From Octopus sinensis (lineage: Eukaryota): DNA of 64,000 nucleotides. Of the stretch, positions 1-12,826 are shown one piece after another. The translations under genes and the position numbers were made by a program. Each line of letters starts with the position of its first letter. Position 1 is the stretch's first letter. The stretch covers positions 77,500,001-77,564,000 of the forward strand of contig NC_042998.1 of the NCBI RefSeq assembly GCF_006345805.1, read 5' to 3'. The notes below the pieces were generated by a model, which searched no databases, was not told where the DNA came from, and saw only the letters and a list, made by a program, of their open reading frames with translations.

Positions 1-38
1 AAGGGGGTCTGCTCCTAATATATATATATATATATTTG

Positions 39-122
39 TAATCAAAATAAGCAACAAGAATAACTTCGGTAATTTGGAAGTTACCAAATTACCGAAGTTA
101 TTCTTGTTGCTTATTTTGATTA
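39..122. repeat. Perfect 39-bp inverted repeat (hairpin) with 6-nt loop, next to a (TA)n tract
   Basis: 39-77 TAATCAAAATAAGCAACAAGAATAACTTCGGTAATTTGG is the exact reverse complement of 84-122; loop AAGTTA. Confidence 0.95.
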
Positions 123-215
123 TAACCACCCCATGGATTTATATGGTAACACCATACAAAATTCTGGTGCATCTAACTTCAGTACCATATTCATTCTAAT
201 CTAAATTTTGATGAA

Positions 216-265
<50 letters not shown>

Positions 266-637
266 GAAAAAACATTATTATGCAATGCAAACAATGATAG
301 ACAATAAAGCAAATCATAAATAAAAATAAAAAATATCTTTTGAAACATATAACTAGATTACTAAAAATTACAAAAATGAATAAACAATATATAATAAGTA
401 TATAATAAGTAATAAGTAAAAAAACATATATTGTTTATTCATTTTTGTACTTTTTGTGATCTAGTTATATGTTTTAAGAAATATATTTTATTTTTTGTTT
501 ATAATTTGCTTTATGTCTATCATTGTTTGAATTGCATAATAGTGGTTTTTCTCTAATTTATGTATTATATATTTATATTGTGAAATTGTTTTTAATACTA
601 AATTGATTTTTTCCAGTAAGTTTGGATTTATATTCCC

Positions 638-651
638 TATTATTATTATTA

Positions 652-698
<47 letters not shown>

Positions 699-1797
699 TG
701 TTCAGTAGTTTTATTTTTATAGCGTGCTTTCACTTCACTACCGAGCGCAGCTCTGTGTGCCTTGGGTATGTGCTGTGATTTGTTGTGATGCTCTGATTGT
801 TATTTAATGGAAAGTGTTCTGCGTAGGATGTGTGCAGTGCCTAGTAGTGCAATTTTCTGTATGTTATATGTGTTTGTAAGTCCTGGTGTTTTTGTTATGT
901 ATTTGTCTGAATATTTTTTTTTATCATGCCTAATGCACCTACTATGATAGGAATTGTTTCTGTTTTCAGGTTCCACATTCTAGTTATCTCTATTTCCAGG
1001 TCTTTGTATTTTGAGAGTTTCTCCATTTCTTTTAGAGACACGTCGTCATCTGCCGGTATTGATACATCAAGTAGAAAGCATTTTTTTTCTTCATGATCTC
1101 TGACAACTATATCTGGTCTGTTGGCCTTAATTTCTCTATCTGTGTGTATCGGCATATCCCAGAGTATGGTTGCTTTCTCGTTTTCTATGACCTTTTCTGG
1201 TGTGTGCCTATACCATCTTTTTTCTGTTGTTATTCCATAATGTTGGCATAGCTTCCAATGTATGTAGGTTCCAACTCTGTCATGTCTGTGAATATATTCT
1301 TCTTAGCAGGACTGGGCAGCTAGAGATAATATGATTATTGTTTCTTGTCCATCTCCAAATATCTGCAGTTACTTGTTGTAATATTTCTTTTCATTACATG
1401 TTTTTGGTAATTTCTGGTGGGGAGGCTTTGGTTTGTGCTGCAATTAAAAATCCCTCTGTTTCTGCTTTGAGTCCTGAGTTTCTCAACCATTGCTGGGATT
1501 TTTCTTTGTCTATTTCTTTTGCGTTAGTTTAGTGCAGTATTTACCATGAAGGGGCTTTTCTTGCCATCGTTTTATCATGGCTCGTTGCTGTTCTTTTTAG
1601 TTTGGATTTCATTTGTTTTATAGCTTTTGTTGTTTCTCATCATCTTCTTCTTCTTCTTTGTGTTTATTAGGTGGTATGGTTTCTTGTTTGTATTGTCAGC
1701 TTCCTTAAATACTGAGAACAGTTTTTTGTTTTGCTCGTGTTTTGCTGCTATCTGGATCAGTTTTCCTTCCTTCTGAAGTAGGTATTTTGCAGTCCTA
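638..1797 (-). mobile_element. 5'-truncated Dong/R4-type RLE LINE (post-RT region, RLE endonuclease, 3' UTR, (TAA)n tail)
   Basis: ORF 895-1155 has RPDIVVRD..FLLDVSIP..KLSKYKDLE..IPIIVGALG (PD-(D/E)xK RLE domain); upstream minus-strand translation IGLQNYLLQKEGKLIQIAAKHEQ resembles the 51-kb copy; (ATT)n at 638-698 and 1797-1862. Confidence 0.88.
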
Positions 1798-1828
1798 TTA
1801 TTATTATTATATTATTATAGTATTATTA

Positions 1829-1863
<35 letters not shown>

Positions 1864-1869
1864 TAGTAT

Positions 1870-1941
<72 letters not shown>

Positions 1942-2439
1942 GCATGCAAAACATGCACACATGCACGTACACGTGTATACAACATGCGCTCATATACGCT
2001 GATCTTCCGATTACTATCTACAAATCCACGCACAGCTAAGCGGGTACGTAAAATGTGAGAAGCTTACAGTATCTTGATTTCACAAACCTGTATAAGTACT
2101 AAGCTATGTAAGTACTAACTAGGTTCGTCCTTGTTTAACGTTCGATGCGACACTACGGTCTAAAACTGTCAGCAGTTATAGGCAAGAGAGTATGGCCTAG
2201 CTGGAACAACCGTTATGCAATCCATGCAGGTAATCTAGCACAATTTTTTTGTAACGAGAAATCGTTGATGATGATGCTCTCCTTTAAGCTTCTGACAGAT
2301 TTTTCATTTAATCTTATTGTAGAGTATCCAGGTGCTTCTTCAATACACTGCTATGAAATCCATGTATATTGTAGATTACCTTCTATTTCTTTGTTGCGTA
2401 TGTGTGTGTGTGTGTGGTGTGTGTGTGTTGCATGTGGGT

Positions 2440-2660
2440 GTGTGTGTCTATGTGTATTCGTGTTCTCACCACCACAACCGATGTTGGAATGTTTACGTTC
2501 CCGTTACATTAGCGGTTCGGCAAGTGCGACCGATAGAATAGATGCATCGCCTATAAATGAAGAAGTTCTGGGGCGATTTGTTTGATTAAAAATACGCTTC
2601 GAAGCGGTGTCCTAGCATGGCCGCAGTCAATAAACTGAAACAAATAAAAGAGAAAAGATT
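2440..2660 (+). mobile_element. SINE, 3' half with CR1-like tail
   Basis: Ends GCGGTGTCCTAGCATGGCCGCAGTCAATAAACTGAAACAAATAAAAGA, similar to the CR1 3' end at 35911-35959; body resembles an abundant octopus SINE (from recall). Confidence 0.65.
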
Positions 2661-3018
2661 CGAAAAATTAGAACCTATAGACACGTGGCGGGTTATTTAT
2701 CGGTCCGTGTCTATGTGTTCAGTCCTGGCAACCTACTGAAGAAGTAGCACGAGATATAGACTGAAGTTATTTTAATTCAGTCTGTATTTAAGTCTGCAGA
2801 AAACTTGCAGCGTCTAGGATTAAGGTAAATTTTTTTTTTATTTTCCAATCACTTTCTGAATTACAACAATTGGTGGCTTGGAGTTTTAACTGCTCTTTCT
2901 AGCGAGTCAGATATTCTATTCTTCGGGTATCTCTTTCGTGTTTGAACGTACACTGTATTCTTCTATACAGAATATATGTCTATATATTTATATTGTATAT
3001 ATATATATATTATATAAT

Positions 3019-3066
<48 letters not shown>

Positions 3067-3180
3067 ATAAATACCTACATGTACATATATATATATATAC
3101 ATATGCAGACACATATATACAATAAAATTCATAAGGAATATATATATGCATATATATATATATACATACATACATTCATG

Positions 3181-3275
<95 letters not shown>

Positions 3276-3443
3276 TATATTTTATATTTCTATTTCCTTG
3301 TCTAATTATATTTACAATATATTTTGTATAATGCCTTTGCTGTTATGTAATGGTGTAATAAAGTATTGATTGGGTATCATCTGATGGTTGATGTTTGATT
3401 GATTTAAGTATGTTTCTCCATTTTCTAATTTTGTAGTATATAT

Positions 3444-3480
<37 letters not shown>

Positions 3481-3531
3481 GGCGGTGCCCCAGCATGGCC
3501 ACAGCTCCTGATTTGAAACTAGATGAAATAA
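3481..3531 (+). mobile_element. ~50-bp CR1 3'-terminal micro-insertion in (TA)n
   Basis: GGCGGTGCCCCAGCATGGCCACAGCTC..GAAACTAGATGAAATAA matches the CR1 3' end at 35911-35959. Confidence 0.8.
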
Positions 3532-3729
3532 TATATATATATAATATATATAATATATATATATATATTTATATTTTATATTTCTATTTCCTTGTCTAAT
3601 TATATTTACAATATATTTTGTATAATGCCTTTGCTGTTATGTAATGGTGTAATAAAGTATTGATTGGGTATCATCTGATGGTTGATGTTTGATTGATTTA
3701 AGTATGTTTCTCCATTTTCTAATTTTGTA

Positions 3730-3775
<46 letters not shown>

Positions 3776-3778
<3 letters not shown>

Positions 3779-3821
3779 GGTGCCCCAGCATGGCCACAGC
3801 TCCTGATTTGAAACTAGATGA

Positions 3822-3826
<5 letters not shown>
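3776..3826 (+). mobile_element. ~50-bp CR1 3'-terminal micro-insertion (duplicate of 3481-3531)
   Basis: Identical to 3481-3531. Confidence 0.8.
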
Positions 3827-3859
<33 letters not shown>

Positions 3860-3860
3860 T

Positions 3861-4071
<211 letters not shown>

Positions 4072-4443
4072 TGTTGTATTTCGGGTTGATCAAGTTTTCC
4101 TCTTGTTAAATGAACACTCGCACTACAGTTTGTGCGAAAATGGGGAATTTAGGCCGACGATACATACATAAATACATGCATGCAGACACACAGACGAACA
4201 GACATGCACATATGTGCCTGTATATGCAGAATGTATGTATCTAGATATATTTATGCATACACAAAGATACATGCACACACAAACACACACAAACACACAC
4301 ACACACACATATATATATACGATGTAAATACCTACATGTACATTGCGTGTGTTTATTTCTTAAAAAATGACCAAGTCCAAATACAATATCCGTTTCAATA
4401 CACGATATCACATCAGGAATCCTGCAACACAAATTGATAAACT

Positions 4444-4513
<70 letters not shown>

Positions 4514-5233
4514 TATATATATATATAGATATATATATAATATATTATATATATATATTATATATATATATTATATATATATAATATATATATATATATA
4601 TACGCATGCATATATGGGTACAGAGCGTCATCAACAATAGACAATGTGAAATACGAAAACAAATGAATTCAATACGCAAACAACAACTGAAGCAAGTGGA
4701 AAACAGTACAGATAGCACAAAGAGCGACCCTCATAAGTTGTCGGCTGTCCATCGAAATGAGTTCTCATGCTTATTTTTTAATACAAAGCATGACCTAAGA
4801 AAATAGATGACATAACATTTTCTACGACCGTTATTGATCAGATTGCAAAAATGCTGTCTATAAATAAATGCGAGAATAATGTTCTTCATTTCCATAGGGA
4901 ATTCGAATTAAGGCAACGGATCTGCATAAGAGTGAAAAACAAGAGCATACAAGTTGTACGCTTTTGTATGTTGCGTCAGCTATTTTGTTGTTATGCTATG
5001 TATTAAAAAATAAACATGAAATCTGGTCCAGTCGATGAGTTGGTTAATCTGTGGTTTTCTCTATTTTCTAATCATTTGCAGTCATTCCTGATAAACTCTT
5101 GTTTATCCTGTTGTTATCTGCACTCTATGTGTATTATGTGGCTGCACACCAATGACAGGGGATTATACAGGTAACGGCTACCGATAGAATATACGGATAT
5201 TTTATTCCTTAGTCGGTTACTATAACCGCTAAT

Positions 5234-5265
<32 letters not shown>

Positions 5266-5382
5266 TGTGTGTGTGTCAGGTATTACAGGTAATGAATGTA
5301 ATTTTTTCTTTAACTTAATTAGCTTTTTGAAAAGTTGCGTCCAGGATGACTATTGCCATGACTTCGCAGAATTCACGGCCTG

Positions 5383-5417
<35 letters not shown>

Positions 5418-5420
5418 CAT

Positions 5421-5973
5421 GGTGGCTGCCACCTCGATATCGAGTATGGCCATTGCACGAAGCTTAATCAATTTTGTTATCGTGCAATGCCGGTGCAAGA
5501 AGATTTTTTTTTAAAGTGAAGAAAGGCTGTGCACTGAGTCAAAACCACTCACTAAGCAACAGCAGCCATAATCCGAAAAGAAGAACAAGTCAACATCATC
5601 GGTAACCACTGACCTGCAGGCTTGATGTCGGAGTTATCTCAGTTACCTAAATTACCTTCTCCTAGAAGGATGCCCTAACAAAGGCTAGGAGTCCTTCACT
5701 CCCAATGGTTTAACCGCGCGATCGGGTATTCAGTCCGATTTTTTTCTATGTCTCCGCGCATGATATAGCCTTAAGACATTTATTGGATGGCCGTTGACTC
5801 TCAAGAGTTCCTCCGCCCTTTGACGGGTTTTGTTTTTCTTCCCGCAGGGTATCCAATAAGCACCCTCTTCAGCAAGCAAGCTTGGTGGGGTTGCTGGTTT
5901 AGTCGCCAACGATCCGACCATGCAACAGGTTGAACTGAGTTACATGTTACCAGTAGCACTCGAAAGTGACCTG
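5421..5973 (-). mobile_element. ~550-bp non-coding interspersed element flanked by (TACA)n, possibly an RTE-type 5' region
   Basis: GC-richer unique block with sharp edges against (CATA)n at 5384-5420 and 5974-6050; resembles retroposon 5' UTR sequence (recall only); orientation tentative. Confidence 0.4.
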
Positions 5974-6773
5974 ACATACATACATACATATATACATACA
6001 TACATACATACATATAGTACATACATACGTACGTACGTACTATGTACGTACATGAAATGTTCCTTTTCAAATGTTTTTATTGACATTTGATTTACTCTGT
6101 TTGATTGCCTGTTTGTGTATGTATGATTCTTTGTATGTTGTAGTGTGTGTAGGGGTTACATATGTGTGTTTGTGTGAGTCTGCGAGGGCGTCATGCAGAA
6201 TGAACCCCACCGCATTCACATCCACTTTTATTGTTCGAAACAATAACTAAAATGGTTATTTGAAAGTGTTATTTTATCACATTGCTTAAACCACAATGCA
6301 GTTTTATGAATTCGCTTGTACTGGACTTTATTATCACGATAACAGGCAAAGAAAATCAAAATTGCGTGCTTTCTGCAGCCGTTTGCCCACGTGTCATTGA
6401 CAAAAGTTCTCAAAAGAAGAACATAAATATAAGCATTGTATTTAAAGTTTCGTTTCATATTTCATAAAATATTTAGACGGTGGATATTTCTATAGAAAAC
6501 CAGGTTCGGTTTACAAGCTGATGATCAGAAACAAGAAAATCTGAGTACAAATGTGTTATCTGGTACAGCACCAGTAGTTATATTTAAGAAACTTTTTCTA
6601 TGTCGTAAACATGGCAATGTCAGGTATTGAGTGTGTACATCATTCATAAGATTAAGTGTTGCGCAACTTATAACTCAACTGTCTTACGAACTATACAAGT
6701 GAGAATCACTCGCTGTTTACTCAAAATTTCATTTTATACTCCTCGACTCTTCAATTGAGCCCCTTTGTCTCAT

Positions 6774-6821
<48 letters not shown>

Positions 6822-6822
<1 letters not shown>

Positions 6823-8305
6823 TAGAAGAAAACACCGCGTGCTCCATTTCTCGTCCGGCTGCAATCATCAGCTGAGTGCCGTGCTACGCCGCGATTTCGG
6901 CCCATTATGCTCAGTATCTCTCCACACGGTGGGCCCGCAACAGCTGGACGTATTGCGTTGCAACTAGACTCATGCTTGTTCTGTGGTATTATACGCTTTT
7001 ACAAACCTCAACTGCTTTCTCCCCACATTCTTTGATGATCCTCCTCTCAGCAGATACACCAGCCACCTTCAGAAACCTGAGAGACGTCGCTGGGAAACCC
7101 TGTAACCAACATCTAACGCAACCAGTTCACAGATGTAACCCTTCTCCCGAATCTAAGCTACCAGCTCTTCATAGCTCAACAGCTTCCACTCACAGGCCTT
7201 AGCAGTGCTCTCCTCACATGGCACAGTCATCTCCCCAAGGACCACACGTCTCTGACCCTCACCTACCAAAACCAGGTCGGGCCGGAGTGCTGACACCACG
7301 ATGCTTTCAGGCAATGGCTTGTCCACGAACATCTCCCATTTTCTGTCTTCGGCCTGCCGAGGTTTCTGCCTCTTTGGCATAACATATTGATTTCCAAATG
7401 CTGTCTTGCGCAAGCTCAGTTCAGGCACTTGACCTACTCTTGTAGCTGAAGCAACAACATTTAGCACTAAATTGTCTAAATGTATACCATCCAGACTGGA
7501 GTGCTTTGGGGCAAGCTGACAGCATATGTTTGAAGGTGCCATACTTCCAGCACAAGTGGCACTTTGGACTCTTTTGGATACCCCATTTTTGAGATTTGAT
7601 GGAGACGGATGCACATTTACGCAGTCTGGGTCAGGTCTTTCATATATCCTGCACTCAACTGCCACCCATCAGACCACTTCAGGGGTAACTGGAGCATACC
7701 TTGGTTGCCATAAAGGGCGACAGATTAAAGGCACTTCTAGAGGCCAAGACACTTACTTACCATCTTATTGATCTTCCGTTCAATTTTCTCAATCCTCGTC
7801 AGAGAAACTTCATACACTGTTATGGTCCACAGCAGTCTCGGGAGCAACCCAGAATGCATGCACCACACCGTGAACTTCCCTGGCAAACTTACTAGATCAA
7901 TGCTCTTTAGTCCCAACTCTGCCTCCTTCTGCAGTTCAACACCACGATGTCTATCTGTGAGGGGAAACGTGTACCATCTTCTCAGACATTTGACGCGCTG
8001 GTCACGAACAGTTGGTATTTGCTCTCCACCAATACTGAAAAGCAAATTTACGAGCGATCAACCCTTCAGTGAAAGAGCTCTGCTCTTCTTCGGCTTAAAG
8101 GCCACCCGACGCCAGCTGATCAGTTCAGACAATCTATTCAACACGTTTTTTGGCAACATTGATACTCTCCTGCACAATGGTGAGATCATCCATGAACGCC
8201 CTCTGTTTTAATTCTCATTAGTTGAACCTGTGCTCAGGCTTTAAGCTCCTCAGTGTGATCTCTATGACCAACACAAAACGAATTGGGGGAATGGCACAAT
8301 CCATT
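6822..8305 (-). mobile_element. Decayed Hero-type (R2 group) RLE LINE: RT core, thumb, Zn knuckle, RLE, 3' UTR
   Basis: Minus strand gives RAFMDDLTI (RT), IPTVRDQRVKCLRRWY..LPGKFTVW..GLLPRLLW..VYEVSL..IEKIERKINK..LGL, and LRPDLVLVGEGQRRVVLGEMTVPCEE..KLLSYEELV (RLE); stops and frameshifts present. Confidence 0.8.
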
Positions 8306-8339
8306 GCAGGCATATAGAAGAACTCCAGAGCTACCTCTA

Positions 8340-10190
8340 TCATGTTACAGGGCACACAACCATATGCATTCGTCAGGTCCAACTATACAAAATGCAGCTA
8401 CTTACATGGCTGAAATAAAAGCAGCAATCAGGAAGTTGAACAATGGAAAGGCTCCTGGTATGGATAGACTAGGTGCAGAGGTATATAAATATGGTGGTGA
8501 TCATCTTTGTGCAATGTTGACGGATGTGATTCAGAGGGTTTGGCAAAGTGAAGGGGTTCCTACGGATTGGTCTGATGCAACTATGGAGATACTATATAAA
8601 TCTAAATGTGGAAAGGCCGTCTGTGATAATTAACGTGGCATCTCTCTGTTAGCTGTTGCTGGAAAGGTCCTGTGAAGGGCAATGCTGGACAGAATGCTTC
8701 TGCACATTGCTGAAGAGGTTCTACCAGAATCGCAATGTGGGTTTAGGGATATTAGAAGTACTATGGATATGATATTTTCGGCTAGACAGTTGCAAGAGAA
8801 GCGCATCGAAAAGGACATGATTTTGTACCAGATTTTCATTGACCTAACGAAAGCGTTTGATTCTATCAATAGAATTGCACTCTGGAAGATCCTAAAAATG
8901 CTAGAATGCCCTGTAACAATTGTGAGAATGCTTAGAAAATTTCATGAAAAGATGGAAGTGAGTTAATGTTGGAGGGACCTTATCAGGTCTAATTTCTGTA
9001 GAAAATGGTGTAAAGCAAGTTGATATTCCTGCTCCTACACTGTGCGCTATATATTTCTCAATAGTCTTTCTAATAGCTTTAAAAGATTGCTCTGAAGAGG
9101 TCTATATAAGATAGAGGACAACGGGAAATCTTTTCAATCTCAAAAGACTCACCTTGTTGAGTTTCTGTATGCAGATGATTGTGACATGTTGGCACATTTT
9201 CAGAATATGCAGCACATGGTAAAAGCGATTTCTGCAGCATGTGCAGCAATCAATCTAAAAAACTGTTATAATGTACGAGACTGCTCCCTCCAAGATGTAT
9301 ATGGAATCTTTTATAACTGTGAATGGTTAAAGGTTGGACACTGTACCTAGATTTGTTTATTTAGGAAGTACCTTGAGCATTGCTGGTTTTGATGATGAAA
9401 TTTCATACAAAATCAGTAGGGCTAGTTGTGATTTTGTAGGCTTGATAGGCGTCTGCGGAAACAACATAATATATCTTCAAATATCAAAGTTAAGGTATAT
9501 AACACATGCGTCCTACATCTTTGCTATATGGATGTGAGGCATGGGTTGTTTACCGTAGGCATGTAAGGCAATTCAAACGATTTCATCAATACTGTCTGAG
9601 AAAAATTTTGTGGAAAAATTGGAAAATAGTCATTAGTAAGGGGGAGGTGTATGGGAGGAGTGGTAGTAGGAGTATAGAGCCAACTTATTTTGCAAAGACA
9701 TTTGAAATGAGGGTGAGGGACATTTGGTAAGTATGAGTGAAGAGCAACTGCCAAAGCAGCTATTGTATGGTGAGTTGGAAGATAGCAAGAGACCAGCGCT
9801 TAAGCCTAAACTAAGGTTTAAGTATTGCTTTACAAATGCTCTAATACAGACAGGAATTGTAGTTGGTAATTGGGAGAGGAAAGCACAAGACCGTGATGGG
9901 TGGAGAAAGATAGTGTATGATACTTGTTCAAGGTTTGAGAGGGAGCGAGTGAAGTATGAGAGAATTAAGAGGGGGCTTTGAAGTGGGGAACCTGTGGAAA
10001 GTGAGAGAGTGCTGCTTTTTATGTGTGTGGCTTGTGTGCGGAGGTGTTTGAGTCGTGCAGGCCGCGTGAGCCATCAGCATTTTCATAGTTATCGACCCAT
10101 GATAAACAAGGATATGGCTTTTAAAATTCATAACAGAACGTGTGTAAAATGTAGAAGAATGTGCCTCTCAGTTGCAGGTCTAAAAAAAGG
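8340..10190 (+). mobile_element. Decayed 5'-truncated RTE (BovB-like) LINE
   Basis: KAPGMDRLGAEVYKYGG; RGISLLAVAGKVL; LPESQCGFR..STMDMIFSARQLQEK..FIDLTKAFDSINR; LYADDCD; QLPKQLLYGELE..KPKLRFK..WERKAQDRDGWR. Confidence 0.92.
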
Positions 10191-11199
10191 ATGCAGCTGT
10201 GATATATATATTATGTATGTACGCATATATATAGTGGTACATCGGTCGATAAATATCTAGCATAAAAGCGGAATTTCACATATACTTCTTATATTCGTTG
10301 TTCTCAACATCCGTTTCTTTAAGATAAATACCATGAAATGTGAAATTTCATAATAGTGATATATAAGTAAGTCATACATACTTAAAAACAGGGTTTACAC
10401 AAGTTGTTAGTAATATCATGATAGGTTTTGTACAAAAAAAAATATAATTTGATCAACAATTAAAATTATTTAAATTTATAAAGATGTTTATCTTAATGGC
10501 ATTTTATGAAATTCATGTGAAGTTTGTGCTTCATATGTTTTATGCTAAATATGTTACTCTTATAGATCTATTCAGTCGATTATGTCAGTCAGTTCAAATT
10601 AGATTTGCTGACATTTAATAATCTTTTGAAGGTAAACGCCTTTTATTCATTGAGTTCTCAAGTACCGTGATTATATTCTTTGATGCATTACCTAACTTTC
10701 CTATACATGTATATTAATAACTGATTCTAGCTATTGCCAACCTCCTCTAAAGTGTTTTCAATAGTTTAATTTAACAAAAACCTGGATACATCATATTTTT
10801 TACGCTTACTATTCATTATCTTAGCCATAAGTTACTTATTTTCACTATTGGACCAAATATTGTTATACAGTGGAATTACATCTGACTGGCAGGTATTAGA
10901 TTTATTTTTAGCACTGGAATTGAATAGACAGTAACGTGAAGTAGGTGGAACTTTTTTACATATTTGTCGAGGGACTAGCCTTCTGAAGCAACTTTTCTTT
11001 TTGCATACGAGTAATAGGTTAGAAGAAGCAATGCACCACCATTGAATCCTCTGAATGTCGAGCATCTACAAAGGGCTGCGGGTACTTTTCTCACATAGCA
11101 CCATTGAACAGGGGCAATATGCACAGATGGATGAAGAACTGTTATACAAAGAATTCAACACTGAAACAAACTAAGCGTGGCAGACACTCAACTATAATC

Positions 11200-11560
11200 A
11201 TGGTGACTGAACAGAAAATGGTAGAGGAGCTTCGATGTCGGAAAGTGTGTGTGAGGGAGTACCTTTGGAGAAAATAATAGTGGAAGTCAGGTATGCTCCG
11301 CTTGCAACTTTTGAAATCAACGAAAACAAATTTTCTTTCGACTTACTGATAAGAGATAAACCATAAGTGAATCATTATGATTCGGAATTGAAGGTTCAAT
11401 CCAAGATATGCCATTACACTTCTTCATCAAGACCAAAGAAGTCCGAGATCCAGCAATCGTCACAGAAGGTCGTGATGAAAGTTCTTTGCAGATGAAAAGT
11501 CTATCATTCTGTTTTATTTTCTAGAACGTAACTGTATCTTAGAAAAGATATCTAGAAGGA
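11200..11560 (+). mobile_element. Highly decayed mariner transposase fragment
   Basis: Translations ELRCRKVCVRE and LIRDKP*VNHYDSELKVQSK..TSSSRPKKSEIQQSSQKVVM align by eye with mariner RKVCARWVP and IVTGDETWVHHYDPETK..SPRPKK..SAGKVM. Confidence 0.6.
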
Positions 11561-11725
11561 AGAAACTGAACAAGAATATGAACTTATATTTTTAAGCATC
11601 TCTTTTCAAATGTCACCCATATAATACCAATATTATGCTTATTAATCATCTCGTGTAATTATGATAAAGATTTCCAAATTTTAAAAGCTAGTTACCTTTT
11701 GTTTTAACTAATTATGTTGTAGAAT

Positions 11726-12410
11726 TTGGTTTTAGTAATAACAGTCCTCACCAAGTCCTTTGTGAGCCGCTCTCCGGCTATCTATCTGCGGCTTTATATA
11801 GCTATGGTACAACCTCACCTGGAATTTGCATCACCGGTCTGGAACCCCTATCTTGCCCAGGATATTAATCGTCTGGAAGCCGTTCAGCGACGTGCAACCA
11901 AGAGAAAGCCCTCCGTCAGGCATTTGTCATATTCTGAACGCCTTACTTCCCTAGGCACGGATACATTGAAACTCCGACGTCTGGCAGCTGATTTGGCAGA
12001 CACCCATAAAATTATTAACCATCTTACAAACAATAACTCTGAGCACCTTTTCAAACTCCATCTGTCTGACACCCGTGGACATGTTTACAAAGTCAGAAAA
12101 CAGCACAGCTCCCATGACTTTCGGATACATTTTTTCACGCTAAGAGTTGTTGAAGTATGGAACAAACTGCCGGCATCAGTTGTTAGTTGTCGGAACACTG
12201 CATCCTTCAAAACTTCCATGCTTCCTGAGATTCGTCAACACTACACCTGATTTTCTCCCCTCCATACACACGCAAGCATGAATCTGACTCATACACTGTT
12301 CACTTTCCAGACATTTGTACATTACCGCATATACTTTATACGCACTTTTGACAAGTTGTGGTGCACCTGAGGACTGTATACAATAATTTCATTATTAATA
12401 TTATTATTAA
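11726..12410 (+). mobile_element. CR1-type LINE 3' fragment
   Basis: LYIAMVQPHLEFASPVWNPY..DINRLEAVQRRATK..LSYSERL..TLKLRRL..TRGH..FFTLRVVEVWNKLP; ends in an (ATT)-like tail. Confidence 0.9.
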
Positions 12411-12710
12411 AATTACATGACTTACTGAAAGAACTATAGAAGTGGTGAAAACTGTTTCAAGATATCAATATTACTTACCCTGTTTCTTCTAGCACAGGCG
12501 CGCGTTCGCTTGCACACACCCACGCACGTACGCACACACGGAACGCGCGTACACCCCCACACACGTATATACGGTCGTGTCTGTATGTATTAAATGTCCT
12601 GCTATACACACGTAAGTACGAGTAGTATCAGATTGGCATTTAAAAAATTGAAGTAAATTATTGCTCTTTTTAAAATTACATATATCTTAATTTGAAATAA
12701 ATGTATGTAA

Positions 12711-12760
<50 letters not shown>

Positions 12761-12774
12761 ATACATACACACAT

Positions 12775-12805
<31 letters not shown>

Positions 12806-12826
12806 ATATATATATATATATGTATA

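Larger units (their letters stand above)
3273..3826 (+). repeat. Direct tandem duplication of a ~255-bp unit (about 3273-3531 and 3567-3826)
   Basis: Unique parts (TTCTATTTCCTTGTC...AATTTTGTAG and the CR1 tail) look identical in both units; only (TA)n lengths differ. Confidence 0.9.

Noticed and set aside
6515-6565. CTGATGA-TCAGA..TCTGA as a hammerhead
   Set aside because: No GAAA after stem II, position 10.1 is a pyrimidine, and there is no adjacent stem I
6860-6910. Minus-strand CCGAAA...CTGATGA in the Hero 3' UTR as a type-II hammerhead
   Set aside because: Stems II and III do not pair; TCAGCTGA is simply a short palindrome
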